From assembly GCA_965248835.1 (NCBI GenBank), contig CBDFLJ010000002.1:2542848-2606847 (forward strand): DNA of 64,000 nt, in the 5' to 3' direction. Shown piece after piece: positions 9,044-19,394 of this stretch; positions within the stretch are counted from its first letter, which is position 1; the number at the start of each line of letters is the position of its first letter. This DNA comes from Alphaproteobacteria bacterium. Lineage in GTDB: Bacteria; Pseudomonadota; Alphaproteobacteria; MPNO01. The notes beneath the pieces are model-generated. The model did not search any database and had not been told where the DNA came from. It saw only the letters and a list, made by a program, of their open reading frames with translations. The position numbers and the translations under genes were made by a program.

Positions 9044-11358
9044 CGTCTGGCGGCCTCGATCAGGGCGACGATCTTGGGCGGCGTTACCGGATAGTCGGTC
9101 ACCTTGACGCCGAAGGGCGACAGCGCGTCCTCGATCCCGGCAACGACGGCCGCCGCCGCCGGCACCGTGCCGCATTCGCCGACGCCTTTGACACCCAGCG
9201 GGTTGAGCGGCGAGGGCGTCTCTTCGAAGTGGAGGTCGAGCCGGGTCAGCTCGCTTGCGGTCGGCATCACGTAGTCGGCCAGGGTCGTCGTCAACGGCTG
9301 CCCGGCCTCGTCGTAGCCCATCCATTCATACAGCGCGTTGCCGATGCCGTGGACCACCCCGCCGGTCACCTGACCGTCGACCAGCATCGGGTTGACCATT
9401 CGGCCGCAGTCGCTGACCACCACGTAGCGGTTGAAGGAGACCGCGCCGGTCTCGACATCGACCTCGACCTCCACCGCATGCACGCCGTTGGAATAGGCCA
9501 GCCCGGAAGGCTTGAAGTTGACGTTGGCCTCCAGCCCCGCCTCGACGCCCTCGGGCAGCGAATAGCCGGGCACGCCCGAGGCGGCCTCGGCGACCTCGCT
9601 CATCGGCACCGACAGGTCCGGCGCGCCGGCGACGCGGATCCGGCCGTCGACGATCTCCAGATCCTCGGGCGCGGCCTCCAGCATGTGGGCGGCGAGTTTG
9701 AGGACCTTCTCGCGCACCTCGCGGGCGGCGAGGTGGACCGAGGAGCCCGCGGTCACGGTCTGGCGGCTGGCGAACCCGCCGAGCCCAAGGGCGACCGTCG
9801 CGGTGTCGCCGCACACGACCTCGATCTCGGCCGGGTCGACGCCGACCTGCTCGGCAGCGATCTGGGCGAGGATAGTCTTCAGCCCCTGGCCGATCGCGAG
9901 CGCTCCGGTGAAGACCTTCACCCGGCCGGAGCGCTCGATCCGCACGATGCCGGACTCGAACGGCCCGCGCCCGGTGCCCTTGAGTCCGTTGGCAAGCCCG
10001 AGCCCGAGATAGCGCCCTTCCGCCCGCGCGGCAGCCTGGCGTGCAGCGAACGAGCCCGCCTCAACCGCATCGAGCGCGATCGCCTGGCATTTCGGGTAGT
10101 CGCCGCTGTCGGCCTTCACCGGCGTGCCGGCCCGGGTCTTGAGCGGCATCTCGTAGGGCATCGCCTCGGGCGGGATCAGGTTGCGCCGGCGGATCTCGCC
10201 GCGGTCCATGCCGAGCCCGGCGGCGGCCGCATCGAGCAGCCGCTCGATCACGTAATTGCCCTCCGGATAACCGGCGCCGCGCACCGGCATCGCCGGCACG
10301 GCGTTGGTCTCGACCACCTTCACGGCGATCTCCAGGGCCGGCACGATGTAGGCACCCGGCACCGAGGTCGAGGCGTTGTAGGCCAGATTGATGCCCTGGG
10401 GCGTGTATGCGCCCTGGTCCTGCAGCATCGTGCCGCGTACCCCCAGCACCCTGCCCTCGCCGTCGACGGCGATCTCCATGTCCCAGAACTGCTCGCGTTC
10501 CTGGATCGAGGCCACGAAATGCTCGCGCCGGTCTTCGATCCACTTGACCGGGCGGTCGAGCAGCCTGGCTGCGACGGCCAGCACCAGCTCCTCGCAATAC
10601 ATCAGGTACTTGGCGCCGAACCCGCCGCCGACGTCGGGCGCCACGACGCGGATCCGGGCCTCTTCGCTGCCCAACATCCTGACCAGCCCGGCGCGGACCT
10701 CGTGGGACATCTGGGTCGAGGACCACAGCGTCAGACGGTCCTCGACGGCATCGTAGCGTGCGATCGCGCCGCGCCCCTCGATCGAATGGGCGCCGCCGCG
10801 GTGCTGGGTATAGGTCGCGCGCGCCACATAGGCGGCGCGTTCGAAGGCCGCCGCGCACTCGCCGTAGGACTGGTCGAACTCGACCAGGACGTTGCTGGGC
10901 CGCTCTGTATGGACCGGCGGGGCGTCCGAAGCGGCGGCTGCGCGGCAACCGGCGACCGAGGGCAGCGGGTCGTAGTCGACCTCGACCAGGGCTGCGCCGT
11001 CCTCGGCCAGATAGCGGCTGGCAGCGATGACCACTGCGACCGCCTCGCCGACATGGCAGACCTCGGTGTCCGACAGCACGTAGGGCGTGACGTCCTCGGG
11101 AAGCTGGTTGGTGCGGAACCCCAGCGGCAGGCGCGATGCGGTCAAATGCGGCAGGAGATCGGCAAGGGTGTAGACCGCGTGGACCCCGGCCGCCGCCTTG
11201 GCCGCTTCGCTGTCGATGGCACCCACCCTGGCGTGGGGATGGGGCGAGCGCACGAAGACCGCGTGCAACGTGCCGGGGATATGGATGTCATCGACGAACC
11301 GCGCTTTGCCGCGCAGCATTGCCGGGTCTTCGATCCTGCGGACCCGCTGTCCGATCAT
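9040..11358 (-). CDS. Xanthine dehydrogenase/CoxL-family molybdopterin-binding large subunit
   Basis: 'IGQRVRRIED', 'DVGGGFGAK', active-site loop 'PVRGAGYPE', 'GQGLKT', 'KGVGECG'. Lacks the form I CODH motif AYxCSFR. Confidence 0.92.
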   Translation of the reverse strand: MIGQRVRRIEDPAMLRGKARFVDDIHIPGTLHAVFVRSPHPHARVGAIDSEAAKAAAGVHAVYTLADLLPHLTASRLPLGFRTNQLPEDVTPYVLSDTEVCHVGEAVAVVIAASRYLAEDGAALVEVDYDPLPSVAGCRAAAASDAPPVHTERPSNVLVEFDQSYGECAAAFERAAYVARATYTQHRGGAHSIEGRGAIARYDAVEDRLTLWSSTQMSHEVRAGLVRMLGSEEARIRVVAPDVGGGFGAKYLMYCEELVLAVAARLLDRPVKWIEDRREHFVASIQEREQFWDMEIAVDGEGRVLGVRGTMLQDQGAYTPQGINLAYNASTSVPGAYIVPALEIAVKVVETNAVPAMPVRGAGYPEGNYVIERLLDAAAAGLGMDRGEIRRRNLIPPEAMPYEMPLKTRAGTPVKADSGDYPKCQAIALDAVEAGSFAARQAAARAEGRYLGLGLANGLKGTGRGPFESGIVRIERSGRVKVFTGALAIGQGLKTILAQIAAEQVGVDPAEIEVVCGDTATVALGLGGFASRQTVTAGSSVHLAAREVREKVLKLAAHMLEAAPEDLEIVDGRIRVAGAPDLSVPMSEVAEAASGVPGYSLPEGVEAGLEANVNFKPSGLAYSNGVHAVEVEVDVETGAVSFNRYVVVSDCGRMVNPMLVDGQVTGGVVHGIGNALYEWMGYDEAGQPLTTTLADYVMPTASELTRLDLHFEETPSPLNPLGVKGVGECGTVPAAAAVVAGIEDALSPFGVKVTDYPVTPPKIVALIEAARR

Positions 11359-11371
11359 CGGAGCGGGCCGC

Positions 11372-11914
11372 TCAGGCGCTCTTCAGGTGGGCGTCGCGCC
11401 GCTGGAACAGCGCCTCGTCGGCATAGCCCATGGTCTCGGGCCGAGCGCGGCCGAGCATCACCTGGAAGTAGACCGGCTCCAGGCTGTCGTTGACGTAGCC
11501 GTGCACGACGCCCGGCGGGCAGGCCGCGCACTCCCACGGACCCAGCCGCCTGGAGATCTTCTCGCCGGTCTTCTCGTCCTCGAAGAAGACGGTCAGCATC
11601 CCCTGCAGGACAAAGAAGATCTCCTCGACCTCATGGGTGTGCGCGGCATTGCCCTGGCCGGGTTCGACATACATGATCGACAGGGTGAACCCGCGCGGCG
11701 GGATGGCGCCGTCCTCGCCGTCCTCGCCGTGCTTGCCCGAGCCGCCGGCGCCGATGAAGCGGTGCTGGGCGCGCCTGTAGCCGTCGATCCTGGCATCCTC
11801 GAAAGCCTCCCAGTCCGGCGTGATCTCGCGAAAGCACCGCACATAGCGCTCGGCGATGTCGCGGATCGGGACGTCGACCAGTTCCGGCGGACGATCATGG
11901 CGGGCGACGCTCAT
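11372..11914 (-). CDS. Cupin domain protein
   Basis: 'PGQGNAAHTHEVEEIFFVLQG' and 'PPGVVHGYVN' cupin metal motifs. Confidence 0.85.
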   Translation of the reverse strand: MSVARHDRPPELVDVPIRDIAERYVRCFREITPDWEAFEDARIDGYRRAQHRFIGAGGSGKHGEDGEDGAIPPRGFTLSIMYVEPGQGNAAHTHEVEEIFFVLQGMLTVFFEDEKTGEKISRRLGPWECAACPPGVVHGYVNDSLEPVYFQVMLGRARPETMGYADEALFQRRDAHLKSA

Positions 11915-12169
11915 CGGGATTTTCCTTCGGCTCGTTGGATCGGGCGGCCTGCGCCCGCGCCGATGATGGCACCGCGCGGTCGGACCGACAATGCCCTGCA
12001 CTCTGCACCAGGTCATGCCGGGCCGGGCGTTCGGCAATTGCGGATATTGTGCGGACGGCCGTGGATTGCTACCGTCTGTTCGAAACGTGCGACTTCACGG
12101 GCGCATCGCGCCCCGGCACGCAACCAGGACCGTCCGCGCGCAAGGCGGTCGATATCAGGTGGAGGCACC

Positions 12170-13282
12170 ATGGCACAGGACAAACGCGACATAAGCTCAA
12201 AGACCCCCACGCGCCGGTCGTTCCTCGCCGGGACGACCGGGCTCGGCCTCATTCTCGCAACGGGCACCGCGCCCGCGTTCATCCGGGAAGCCGGTGCATC
12301 GAAGATGCGCAAGGTCTCCTTCATGCTGCCCTGGCTGTTCGTCGGCGGGCATGCCTTCGAGTTCGCCGCACAGAAGCTCTATTGGAAGAAGCGCGGTCTC
12401 GACGTCTCGATCACCCGCGGCTACGGCTCCGGCGCGGCCTGCAAGACGATCTCCGCCGGCAAAGCGATGTTCGGCGAGGCGAGCTACGGCGTGATGGTCA
12501 ACGGCGTGTCCAAGGGACTCGATGCCGTCGCCATCGGCGCCAAGCTGCAGCGCAGCCCGATCGCGATCTCCTGCCGGCGCGATTCCGGCATCCGCACCGC
12601 GAAGGACCTGGAGGGCAGACGCATCGTCCAGGCCGCGGCCTCGGGCGACACGGTGATGTTCCCGGGCTTCGTCAAGGCCGCGGGCATCGATCGGCCGAAG
12701 ATCAACCAGACCATCGTCCATCCGTCCAAGCTGATCTCGACGGTGGTCAACAAGCAGGCCGACTGCTGCGGCTCCTACTACGTCTCCAACGCGGCCACGC
12801 TGGCCCACAAGACGCCGGCGATCCACTTCATGTACGCCGACTTCGGGCTGCAGACCCTCGATCTCGGGCTGATCACCCGCTCGGACATGATCAAGAACGA
12901 CCCGCAGCTGGTCCAGGACATGGTCGATGGCGGCATGGAGGGGCTCAAGCTGCAGATCCTGGAGCCCGAGAAGTGCCTGGACATCATGATCGAGGCCAAG
13001 CCGGAGCTGAAGACCCTAGACAAGCAGCTCCTTCTGACCCATGCCGGCAATACCAACGCGCTCTCGCTCGGTCCGGCGGTGAAGGAGCACGGCCTCGGCT
13101 ACATGTCCGAATCAGACCAGACCAAGACCCGAGACGTGGTCATCAAGTACATGGAAGCCAAGAACGTTCCGCCGATCGGCGCGCTGTTCACCAACCGCTT
13201 CGCAGGCAACATCAAGTTTTCGGCGAGCGAGTGGGAAACCGCGAACCGCATCAACGCCAAGTTCGCTCCGGCCAAGACCTGA
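12170..13282 (+). CDS. ABC transporter substrate-binding protein (NMT1/THI5/SsuA-like), Tat-exported
   Basis: RBS GGAGG; Tat motif 'TRRSFL'; 'GLDVSITRGYGS', 'KDLEGRRI'; followed by ATPase and permease genes. Confidence 0.85.
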   Translation: MAQDKRDISSKTPTRRSFLAGTTGLGLILATGTAPAFIREAGASKMRKVSFMLPWLFVGGHAFEFAAQKLYWKKRGLDVSITRGYGSGAACKTISAGKAMFGEASYGVMVNGVSKGLDAVAIGAKLQRSPIAISCRRDSGIRTAKDLEGRRIVQAAASGDTVMFPGFVKAAGIDRPKINQTIVHPSKLISTVVNKQADCCGSYYVSNAATLAHKTPAIHFMYADFGLQTLDLGLITRSDMIKNDPQLVQDMVDGGMEGLKLQILEPEKCLDIMIEAKPELKTLDKQLLLTHAGNTNALSLGPAVKEHGLGYMSESDQTKTRDVVIKYMEAKNVPPIGALFTNRFAGNIKFSASEWETANRINAKFAPAKT

Positions 13283-13326
13283 TCCGGACGCCGCGATCTC
13301 CGGATCGCACCCACAAGCCGTAAGGA

Positions 13327-13356
13327 CCGGCCCGCCTCCGTGAGGAGGCGGGCCGG
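13327..13356. other. Intercistronic hairpin (perfect 13-bp stem, GTGA tetraloop) after the binding-protein gene
   Basis: CCGGCCCGCCTCC-GTGA-GGAGGCGGGCCGG. No U-tract, so probably an mRNA stabiliser rather than a terminator. Confidence 0.7.
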
Positions 13357-13368
13357 GTGCTGCGCTCC

Positions 13369-14133
13369 ATGGCCGATAAACCGATCCACGTCGATATCAG
13401 CGCGCTCCGCAAGATCTACCAGACAAGGCGCGAGGAGATCGAAGCGATCCGCAATGTCGACATGGCGGTCTCCGAGGGCGAGTTCGTGTCGATCCTCGGC
13501 CCCAGCGGCTGCGGCAAGTCGACGCTGCTCATGGCGGTCGGCGGCCTGTTGCCGATCAGCGCGGGCTCGATCACGATCCACGAGGAGCATGTCACCGGGC
13601 CCCGGCCGGATACCGGGGTCGTCTTCCAGTCGCCGGTGCTGATGCCCTGGCGGACGATCGAGCGCAACGTCCTGTTCCCGATCGAGAGCCTCGGGCTCAA
13701 GCTCGCCGACTACAGGGCCCATGCCGAAGAGCTGCTGAGCATGACCGGGCTGGACGGCTTCGCCGAGAACTTCCCGGCCGAGCTGTCGGGCGGCATGCAG
13801 CAGCGCGTGGCGATATGCCGTGCGCTGATCCACAACCCGAGCCTGCTGTTGATGGACGAGCCGTTCAGCGCACTCGATGCGATGACCCGCGATCAGATGA
13901 ACCAGGAACTCCTGCGGATCTGGCAGGAATTCCAGAAGACGGTCCTGTTCGTCACCCATTCGATCCGCGAGGCGGTCTTCCTGTCCGACCGGGTGTTCGT
14001 GATGTCGCCGCGGCCGGCGGTGATCAGCAAGGTCGTCGACATCGACCTGCCCCGTCCGCGCACGCTGGAGATCGAGGAGACGCCGGAATTCAACGTCTAT
14101 GTCGCCGGCCTGCGCAAGGCGATCGAAGGCTGA
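13369..14133 (+). CDS. ABC transporter ATP-binding protein (TauB/SsuB type)
   Basis: 'GPSGCGKST', 'LSGGMQQR', 'LLMDEPFSALD', 'FVTHS'. Confidence 0.95.
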   Translation: MADKPIHVDISALRKIYQTRREEIEAIRNVDMAVSEGEFVSILGPSGCGKSTLLMAVGGLLPISAGSITIHEEHVTGPRPDTGVVFQSPVLMPWRTIERNVLFPIESLGLKLADYRAHAEELLSMTGLDGFAENFPAELSGGMQQRVAICRALIHNPSLLLMDEPFSALDAMTRDQMNQELLRIWQEFQKTVLFVTHSIREAVFLSDRVFVMSPRPAVISKVVDIDLPRPRTLEIEETPEFNVYVAGLRKAIEG

Positions 14134-14147
14134 GCGAAGGGGAACCG

Positions 14148-14954
14148 ATGGCCACCAACCTCGACACCGAAGAAACGGGATGGGTTGCCAAGTTCGCCGC
14201 CCAGGTGACGAACCTTACACCTGCGGTGGTGATCTCGATCATGATCCTGGTGCTGTGGCAGGTCCTGGTGGTGATCCTCAAGATCCCCGAGGCGATTCTG
14301 CCGACGCCGACGCGCATCTTCGACGTGATGATCGAACGCCGCGAGCTGTTGCTCCAGCACACCTGGCCCACCACCGAGCAATGCATCTACGGCTTCCTGC
14401 TGGCGGTCGTGGTCGGCGTCGGGCTCGGGATCATGCTCGCCTTCTCGCGGCTGTTCCGGGTCGGCGTCTATCCGCTGGTCATCGCCTTCCAGGTAGTGCC
14501 GAAGGTCGCACTGGCCCCCCTGTTCATCGTCTGGTTCGGGCTGGGGACCACCTCGCGCGTGCTGCTCGCTTTCGTGATCGCCTTCTTCCCGATGGTGGTG
14601 AACACCTATGCCGGGATCCAGAGCACCGACCCGGTGATGATCCGCATGGCGCGCTCGTTCAGCGCCAGCCGGTGGACCATCTTCTCCAAGATCGAGTTCC
14701 CGACGGCGCTGCCCTACATCTTCTCCGGGCTCAAGATCGGCATCACCTTTGCCGTGATCGGCATCATCGTGGCGGAGTTCGTGACCGCTCAGGAGGGGCT
14801 GGGCTATCTGATCGTGTTTTCCGAGGGCAATGTCGATACACCGATGCTGATGGCCGCGATCATCGTCTTGAGCGTCGTCGGCGTGATCCTTTACGCGCTC
14901 ATCATCTGGCTCGAGAAGCTCATCATCCGCTGGGATGTCGGCCAGAAGTTCTGA
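14148..14954 (+). CDS. ABC transporter permease (TauC/SsuC type)
   Basis: Hydrophobic helices; 'PKVALAPLFIVWFG', 'PTALPYIFSGLK', 'AEFVTAQEGLG'. Confidence 0.93.
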   Translation: MATNLDTEETGWVAKFAAQVTNLTPAVVISIMILVLWQVLVVILKIPEAILPTPTRIFDVMIERRELLLQHTWPTTEQCIYGFLLAVVVGVGLGIMLAFSRLFRVGVYPLVIAFQVVPKVALAPLFIVWFGLGTTSRVLLAFVIAFFPMVVNTYAGIQSTDPVMIRMARSFSASRWTIFSKIEFPTALPYIFSGLKIGITFAVIGIIVAEFVTAQEGLGYLIVFSEGNVDTPMLMAAIIVLSVVGVILYALIIWLEKLIIRWDVGQKF

Positions 14955-14977
14955 GCCCGCACCGTGCCCGGGAGGCC

Positions 14978-15859
14978 GTGTTGAAGCCGCCGAAGTTCGA
15001 CTATTTCGCACCCGAGACGCTGGAGGAGGCCCTGGACCTGCTGTCCCGGCACGGGGCGGATGCCAAGGTTCTGGCCGGTGGCCAGAGCCTGATGCCGATG
15101 CTCAATTTCCGCCTCGCCCGGCCGGCGGTGCTGATCGACCTCAACCGCATCCCGGGTCTCGCCGGGATCGACAACGGCGGCGGGACGATCAGGATCGGCG
15201 CGATGACCCGCCAGCGCGACATCGAGGAGTCCGAGATCGTGGCGCACGCCGCGCCGCTGCTGCATGAGGCCACGCGCCACATCGCGCATCTGCCGATCCG
15301 CACGCGCGGGACCATCGGCGGCAGCATCGCCAACGCCGACCCGGCGGCCGAGGACCCGGCGGTGGCCGTGGCGCTCGATGCAACGATGATCTGCCGCAGC
15401 ACGCGGGGCGAGCGGCGGATCGAGGCGGCCGGGTTCTTTCGTGACGTGCTGACCACCGCGCTCGAGGCCGACGAAATCCTCACCGGCGTCGAATTTCCCG
15501 CGCGAGTCGGCTCGGACACCGGATCGGCGTTCGCCGAGATCAGCCGGCGCGAGGGCGATTTCGCGCTCGCCGGGGTCGCCGCGCAGATCACCTTTGCCGA
15601 CGGCAAGGTCGGCGAGGCGCGCATCGCCGGATGCGGGATCGGCCCGGCACCGATGCGGATCGCCGAGGCGGAAGCGGCACTCCTCGGATCGACCGCCGAT
15701 GCGGCCGCGATCGCCGCCGGCGCCCGAGCCGTTGCCGAGGCGGCCGATCCGCACGGTGACGTCCACGCCAGCGCGGACTACCGCCGCAAGCTCGCCGGCG
15801 CCATCGCTGCCCGCGCGATCGCGACCGCGGCCCGGCGCGCATCCGGAGCGGAACAATGA
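14978..15859 (+). CDS. XDH/CoxM-family FAD-binding medium subunit
   Basis: 'KPPKFDYFAP', 'LAGGQSLMPMLNFRL', 'IRTRGTIGGSIANADPAAE'; RBS GGAGG. Confidence 0.92.
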   Translation: MLKPPKFDYFAPETLEEALDLLSRHGADAKVLAGGQSLMPMLNFRLARPAVLIDLNRIPGLAGIDNGGGTIRIGAMTRQRDIEESEIVAHAAPLLHEATRHIAHLPIRTRGTIGGSIANADPAAEDPAVAVALDATMICRSTRGERRIEAAGFFRDVLTTALEADEILTGVEFPARVGSDTGSAFAEISRREGDFALAGVAAQITFADGKVGEARIAGCGIGPAPMRIAEAEAALLGSTADAAAIAAGARAVAEAADPHGDVHASADYRRKLAGAIAARAIATAARRASGAEQ

Positions 15860-16350
15860 AGCGTTCCGTGACGCTCAAGGTCAATGGCCGGACCCGCAGC
15901 GCCGAGGCCGAGCCGCGCATGCTGCTGTGCGATTTTCTGCGCGAGTCGCTGCGCCTGACCGGCACCCATGTCGGCTGCGAGCACGGCATCTGCGGCGCTT
16001 GCACGGTCCATGTCGACGGCAAGGCGGCGCGGTCGTGCCTGATGCTCGCCGTCCAGGCCGAAGGCGCGGAGATCACCACCATCGAGGGCCTGGCCGACGG
16101 CGAGACGCTGCACATCCTGCAGAGGCTGTTCGCCAAGCACCGGGCGCTGCAGTGCGGCTTCTGCACGCCCGGCATGCTGATGACCGCGCTCGATCTGGTG
16201 GGCCGGCGCCCGAGCATGGACGAGGCGGAGATCCGATCCGGCATGGCGGCGGTCCTGTGCCGCTGCACCGGCTACGAGGGCATCGTGCACGCGATCGCCG
16301 AATACGCCAGCACGCTACCCGGTGCGAAAAGCGGGGAGCCCGCAGGATGA
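15856..16350 (+). CDS. XDH/CoxS-family 2Fe-2S small subunit
   Basis: 'GCEHGICGACTV', 'QCGFCTPG', 'CRCTGY'. Confidence 0.95.
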   Translation: MKRSVTLKVNGRTRSAEAEPRMLLCDFLRESLRLTGTHVGCEHGICGACTVHVDGKAARSCLMLAVQAEGAEITTIEGLADGETLHILQRLFAKHRALQCGFCTPGMLMTALDLVGRRPSMDEAEIRSGMAAVLCRCTGYEGIVHAIAEYASTLPGAKSGEPAG

Positions 16351-18716
16351 GCCGCTCACCCGACGGATATATCGGCCGTTCGGTCCCGCGCCGCGAGGAC
16401 AAGCGGCTGCTGCGCGGCGAGGGCAGCTATGTCGCCGACATAGTGCTGCCCGACATGGTCCACGTCGCCTTCGCGCGCAGCCAGGTCGCCCATGCGGCCA
16501 TCGCTTCGATCGACGTGGCGGCGGCCGGCGGGGCGGAGGGCGTCGTGCTGGCGCTGTCGGGCGCGGATCTCGCCGGCGAGCTTGCGCCGATCGGCGGGAT
16601 GCAGGTCTCCGCGCCCAAGGGCTGGGCCGACCGCGTCCGCCACCGGATCACCTTGCCGCCCCAGCGCATCCTGGCCGACGACAAGGTGCGCTATGTCGGC
16701 GAAGCCTATGCGCTGGCGGTCGCCGAAGACCGTTACCTGGCTGAGGACGCGGTCGAGCTGATCGAGGCCGCGTTCGAGCCGATCCAGGTGCTGCCGGACG
16801 CTGAGGCCGCGCTGGCCGAGGGTGCGCCGGCGGTCCATCCCGAACTCGGCGGCAACGCGGTCGCCGAGCTCCACATCGAAAAGGGCGACGTGGCGGCGGC
16901 GATGGAAGCGGCGCCACATCGGATCAAGCGGCGCTTCGTCCACCACCGCTATGCGGCGATGCCGATGGAATGCCGCGGGGTGGTGGCCGAATACGAGCGC
17001 CGCACCGACACGTTGACCGTCTGGTCCTCGACCCAGGTGGTCCACTGGGTGCGCAAGGAAATCGCGCTCACCCTCGGCCTGCCCGAGGAGAAGATCCGGG
17101 TGATCGCGCCCGATGTCGGCGGCGGGTTCGGCGGCAAGGGCCACGTCTATCCCGAGGACCTGATCATCCCCTACCTCGCCCGCCGGCTCGGCCGGCCGGT
17201 CCGCTGGATCGAAGACCGCCACGAGCACATCCTCAACGCCGCCCATTCGCGCGACAACGTCCACGACGCCGAGATCGGCTTCGACGACGAGGGCCATATC
17301 CTCGCCTTCCGCGATCGTTTCCTGATCGATTCCGGGGCCTATTCGCCGGTCGGCGCCGGGGTCGCCTACAACACGACCGCCCACATGATGGGACCCTACC
17401 GGATCGCGAACTTCGAAGCCGCGATCACCCTGGTGACCACCAACAAGACACCGAACGCGCCCTATCGCGGCGCTGGACGGCCGGAGGCGGTTCAGGTCAC
17501 CGAGCGCATGGTCGACCTGATCGCCGCCCATCTGGGCATCGAGGCGGCCGAGGTCCGGTTTCGCAACATGATCCAGCCCGACCAGATGCCCTATGCGGTA
17601 GGCCTGCCCTACCGCGACGGGGCGCCGATGGTCTATGACGGCGGCGACTATCCGGCCGCGCTGGAGCGCGCGATCGCCGAGGTCGGTGGGCTGGAGGCCT
17701 TCCGGGCGCGCCAGACGGCCGCGCGCGAAGACGGCCGCTATCTCGGGCTCGGGCTGGGCTGCTACACCGAAGGCACCGGCGTGGGCCCGTTCGAAGGCGC
17801 GACCGTCAAGATCGACCCGACGGGCAAGGTGATCGTCGCCACCGGCGCCTGCCCGCAGGGCCAGGGCCACGAGACCATCTTCGCCCAGGTCACCGCCGAC
17901 GCGTGGCGGGTGCCGATGGAGAACGTGGTCGTTCAGCTTGCCGATACTTCGAGCCTCACCATGGGCTACGGCACGCTGGCCAGCCGCAGCACCGTTGCCT
18001 CGTCGATGGCAATCGAGCAGGCCTCGGACAAGGTCAAGGAGCGGGTCTTCGCGGTCGCGGCCCACCTGTTGGAGACCGGCGAGGCCGACCTCGAGCTGCG
18101 CGAGGGCACCGTCGGCGTCAAGGGCGTGCCGGACATGGCGCTGAGCCTGAAGGAGATCGCCGCCGCGGCCGCGCCGGGCTGGCTGAGCCGCCGGCCGCAA
18201 GGCAGCGAGGCCGGGCTCGAGGCAACCAGCTACTACGAGCCGCCGACGGTGACCTGGGCCTACGCCGCCAACGCGGCGATCGTCGAGATCGAGCGCGATA
18301 CCGGACGCGTCAAGGTCGAGAAATACGTCGAGGTCCACGATGCCGGCGTCCTGGTGAACCCGGGCCTCGCCGACGGCCAGGTCAAGGGCGGGCTGGTCCA
18401 GGGTTTGGGCGGGGCGATGTTCGAAGCCCTGGTCTACGACGACAACGGCCAGCTCCTGACCGGCAGCCTCGCGGACTACCTGCTGCCGACCACGGCCGAA
18501 ACCCCGCCGATCGTCGTCATCCACCAGGAAACCCCCAGTCCGGCCAACCCGCTGGGCGTCAAGGGTCTGGGCGAAGGCGGCGCCATCGCCCCGCCGGTGG
18601 TGATCGCCAACGCCGTCTCCGACGCGCTCAAGCCGTTCGGTGCGGAGTTCAACACCCTGCCGATACGCTGGGAGGATGTGCTGGACGTCCTGGACCGCGG
18701 CGGCGCCCAGGGGTAG
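16347..18716 (+). CDS. XDH/CoxL-family molybdopterin-binding large subunit (form II-like motif)
   Basis: 'IGRSVPRRED', 'DVGGGFGGK', 'APYRGAGRPEA', 'GQGHET', 'KGLGEGG'. ATGA overlap with the small subunit gene. Confidence 0.93.
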   Translation: MSRSPDGYIGRSVPRREDKRLLRGEGSYVADIVLPDMVHVAFARSQVAHAAIASIDVAAAGGAEGVVLALSGADLAGELAPIGGMQVSAPKGWADRVRHRITLPPQRILADDKVRYVGEAYALAVAEDRYLAEDAVELIEAAFEPIQVLPDAEAALAEGAPAVHPELGGNAVAELHIEKGDVAAAMEAAPHRIKRRFVHHRYAAMPMECRGVVAEYERRTDTLTVWSSTQVVHWVRKEIALTLGLPEEKIRVIAPDVGGGFGGKGHVYPEDLIIPYLARRLGRPVRWIEDRHEHILNAAHSRDNVHDAEIGFDDEGHILAFRDRFLIDSGAYSPVGAGVAYNTTAHMMGPYRIANFEAAITLVTTNKTPNAPYRGAGRPEAVQVTERMVDLIAAHLGIEAAEVRFRNMIQPDQMPYAVGLPYRDGAPMVYDGGDYPAALERAIAEVGGLEAFRARQTAAREDGRYLGLGLGCYTEGTGVGPFEGATVKIDPTGKVIVATGACPQGQGHETIFAQVTADAWRVPMENVVVQLADTSSLTMGYGTLASRSTVASSMAIEQASDKVKERVFAVAAHLLETGEADLELREGTVGVKGVPDMALSLKEIAAAAAPGWLSRRPQGSEAGLEATSYYEPPTVTWAYAANAAIVEIERDTGRVKVEKYVEVHDAGVLVNPGLADGQVKGGLVQGLGGAMFEALVYDDNGQLLTGSLADYLLPTTAETPPIVVIHQETPSPANPLGVKGLGEGGAIAPPVVIANAVSDALKPFGAEFNTLPIRWEDVLDVLDRGGAQG

Positions 18717-19307
18717 TCAGCCCAGCTCGTAAGGCACCTGCCGTGGGCCGTAGCGCTGGACGCGGGTGCCGGCCTCGGCATCGTACCAGTTCTGCAAATT
18801 GGTGCCGACATTGCCGCTACGCACGATGATCCCGATGGTCTTTTCGGGTCCGTTATATTCGGCATGGACCTTGCCCGGCGGGACGAAGTCGATATAGCCC
18901 GGCTTGACGTCGTGCTCGCCCTCACGCTCCAGGGCGGCGCGGCCAGGGTCGCTGTCGTCGTCGGTCCGCCGGTAGCGGTGGACGGTCTCGCCGCCCCGCA
19001 GGACGCCGTAGAGCGTCCACACCCCGCCATGGTCGTGGATCGGCGTGCCCTCGCCCGCTTCCTTGATCAGCGCATTGATGACGAAGCCGTAATCCGGGTC
19101 CTCATAGAACAGAAGGTTCTCGTAATGGCCCCTGGCAGGATCGTTGCGCGACGGCCAAGTCCGCGAATGCGCGATCAGTGCCTCGTCCTGGAGCAGCTTG
19201 TCGAGGTGCGGGCGCACCTTCTCCCAGCGCTCCGCCACGTCGGCGACCTCCTCATAGAGGGTCCGCATGGTGTCGATGAATTCCTGGACCGCCGGCAGCA
19301 TCGCCAT
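18717..19307 (-). CDS. Cysteine dioxygenase-like cupin protein
   Basis: 'LLFYEDPDYGFVINAL', 'TPIHDHGGVWTLYGVLRG.E', 'PGKVHAE'. Start uncertain. Confidence 0.75.
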   Translation of the reverse strand: MAMLPAVQEFIDTMRTLYEEVADVAERWEKVRPHLDKLLQDEALIAHSRTWPSRNDPARGHYENLLFYEDPDYGFVINALIKEAGEGTPIHDHGGVWTLYGVLRGGETVHRYRRTDDDSDPGRAALEREGEHDVKPGYIDFVPPGKVHAEYNGPEKTIGIIVRSGNVGTNLQNWYDAEAGTRVQRYGPRQVPYELG

Positions 19308-19394
19308 AACCGCCTCCAATCGCCGTTGCCACCCCGCCATCCTACATCAAACGCGAATTTGCGGTAGTCTCGCCCGGCGACAAGGGAGGGTGCG

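Noticed and set aside
11708-11730. 9-bp tandem repeat (GEDGEDG) in the cupin gene
   Set aside because: A small in-frame duplication in a likely loop, with no evidence of function.
11198-18716. Long N-terminal extensions of the 694-, 586- and 1040-aa ORFs
   Set aside because: The real starts (12170, 14978, 16347) have RBSs and family N-termini. The extensions overlap other genes and are Arg/Pro-rich noise.
14978-18716. Aerobic CO dehydrogenase (coxMSL, form I)
   Set aside because: The order is M-S-L, but the active-site loop is PYRGAGR rather than AYxCSFR, and no coxDEFG genes are present.
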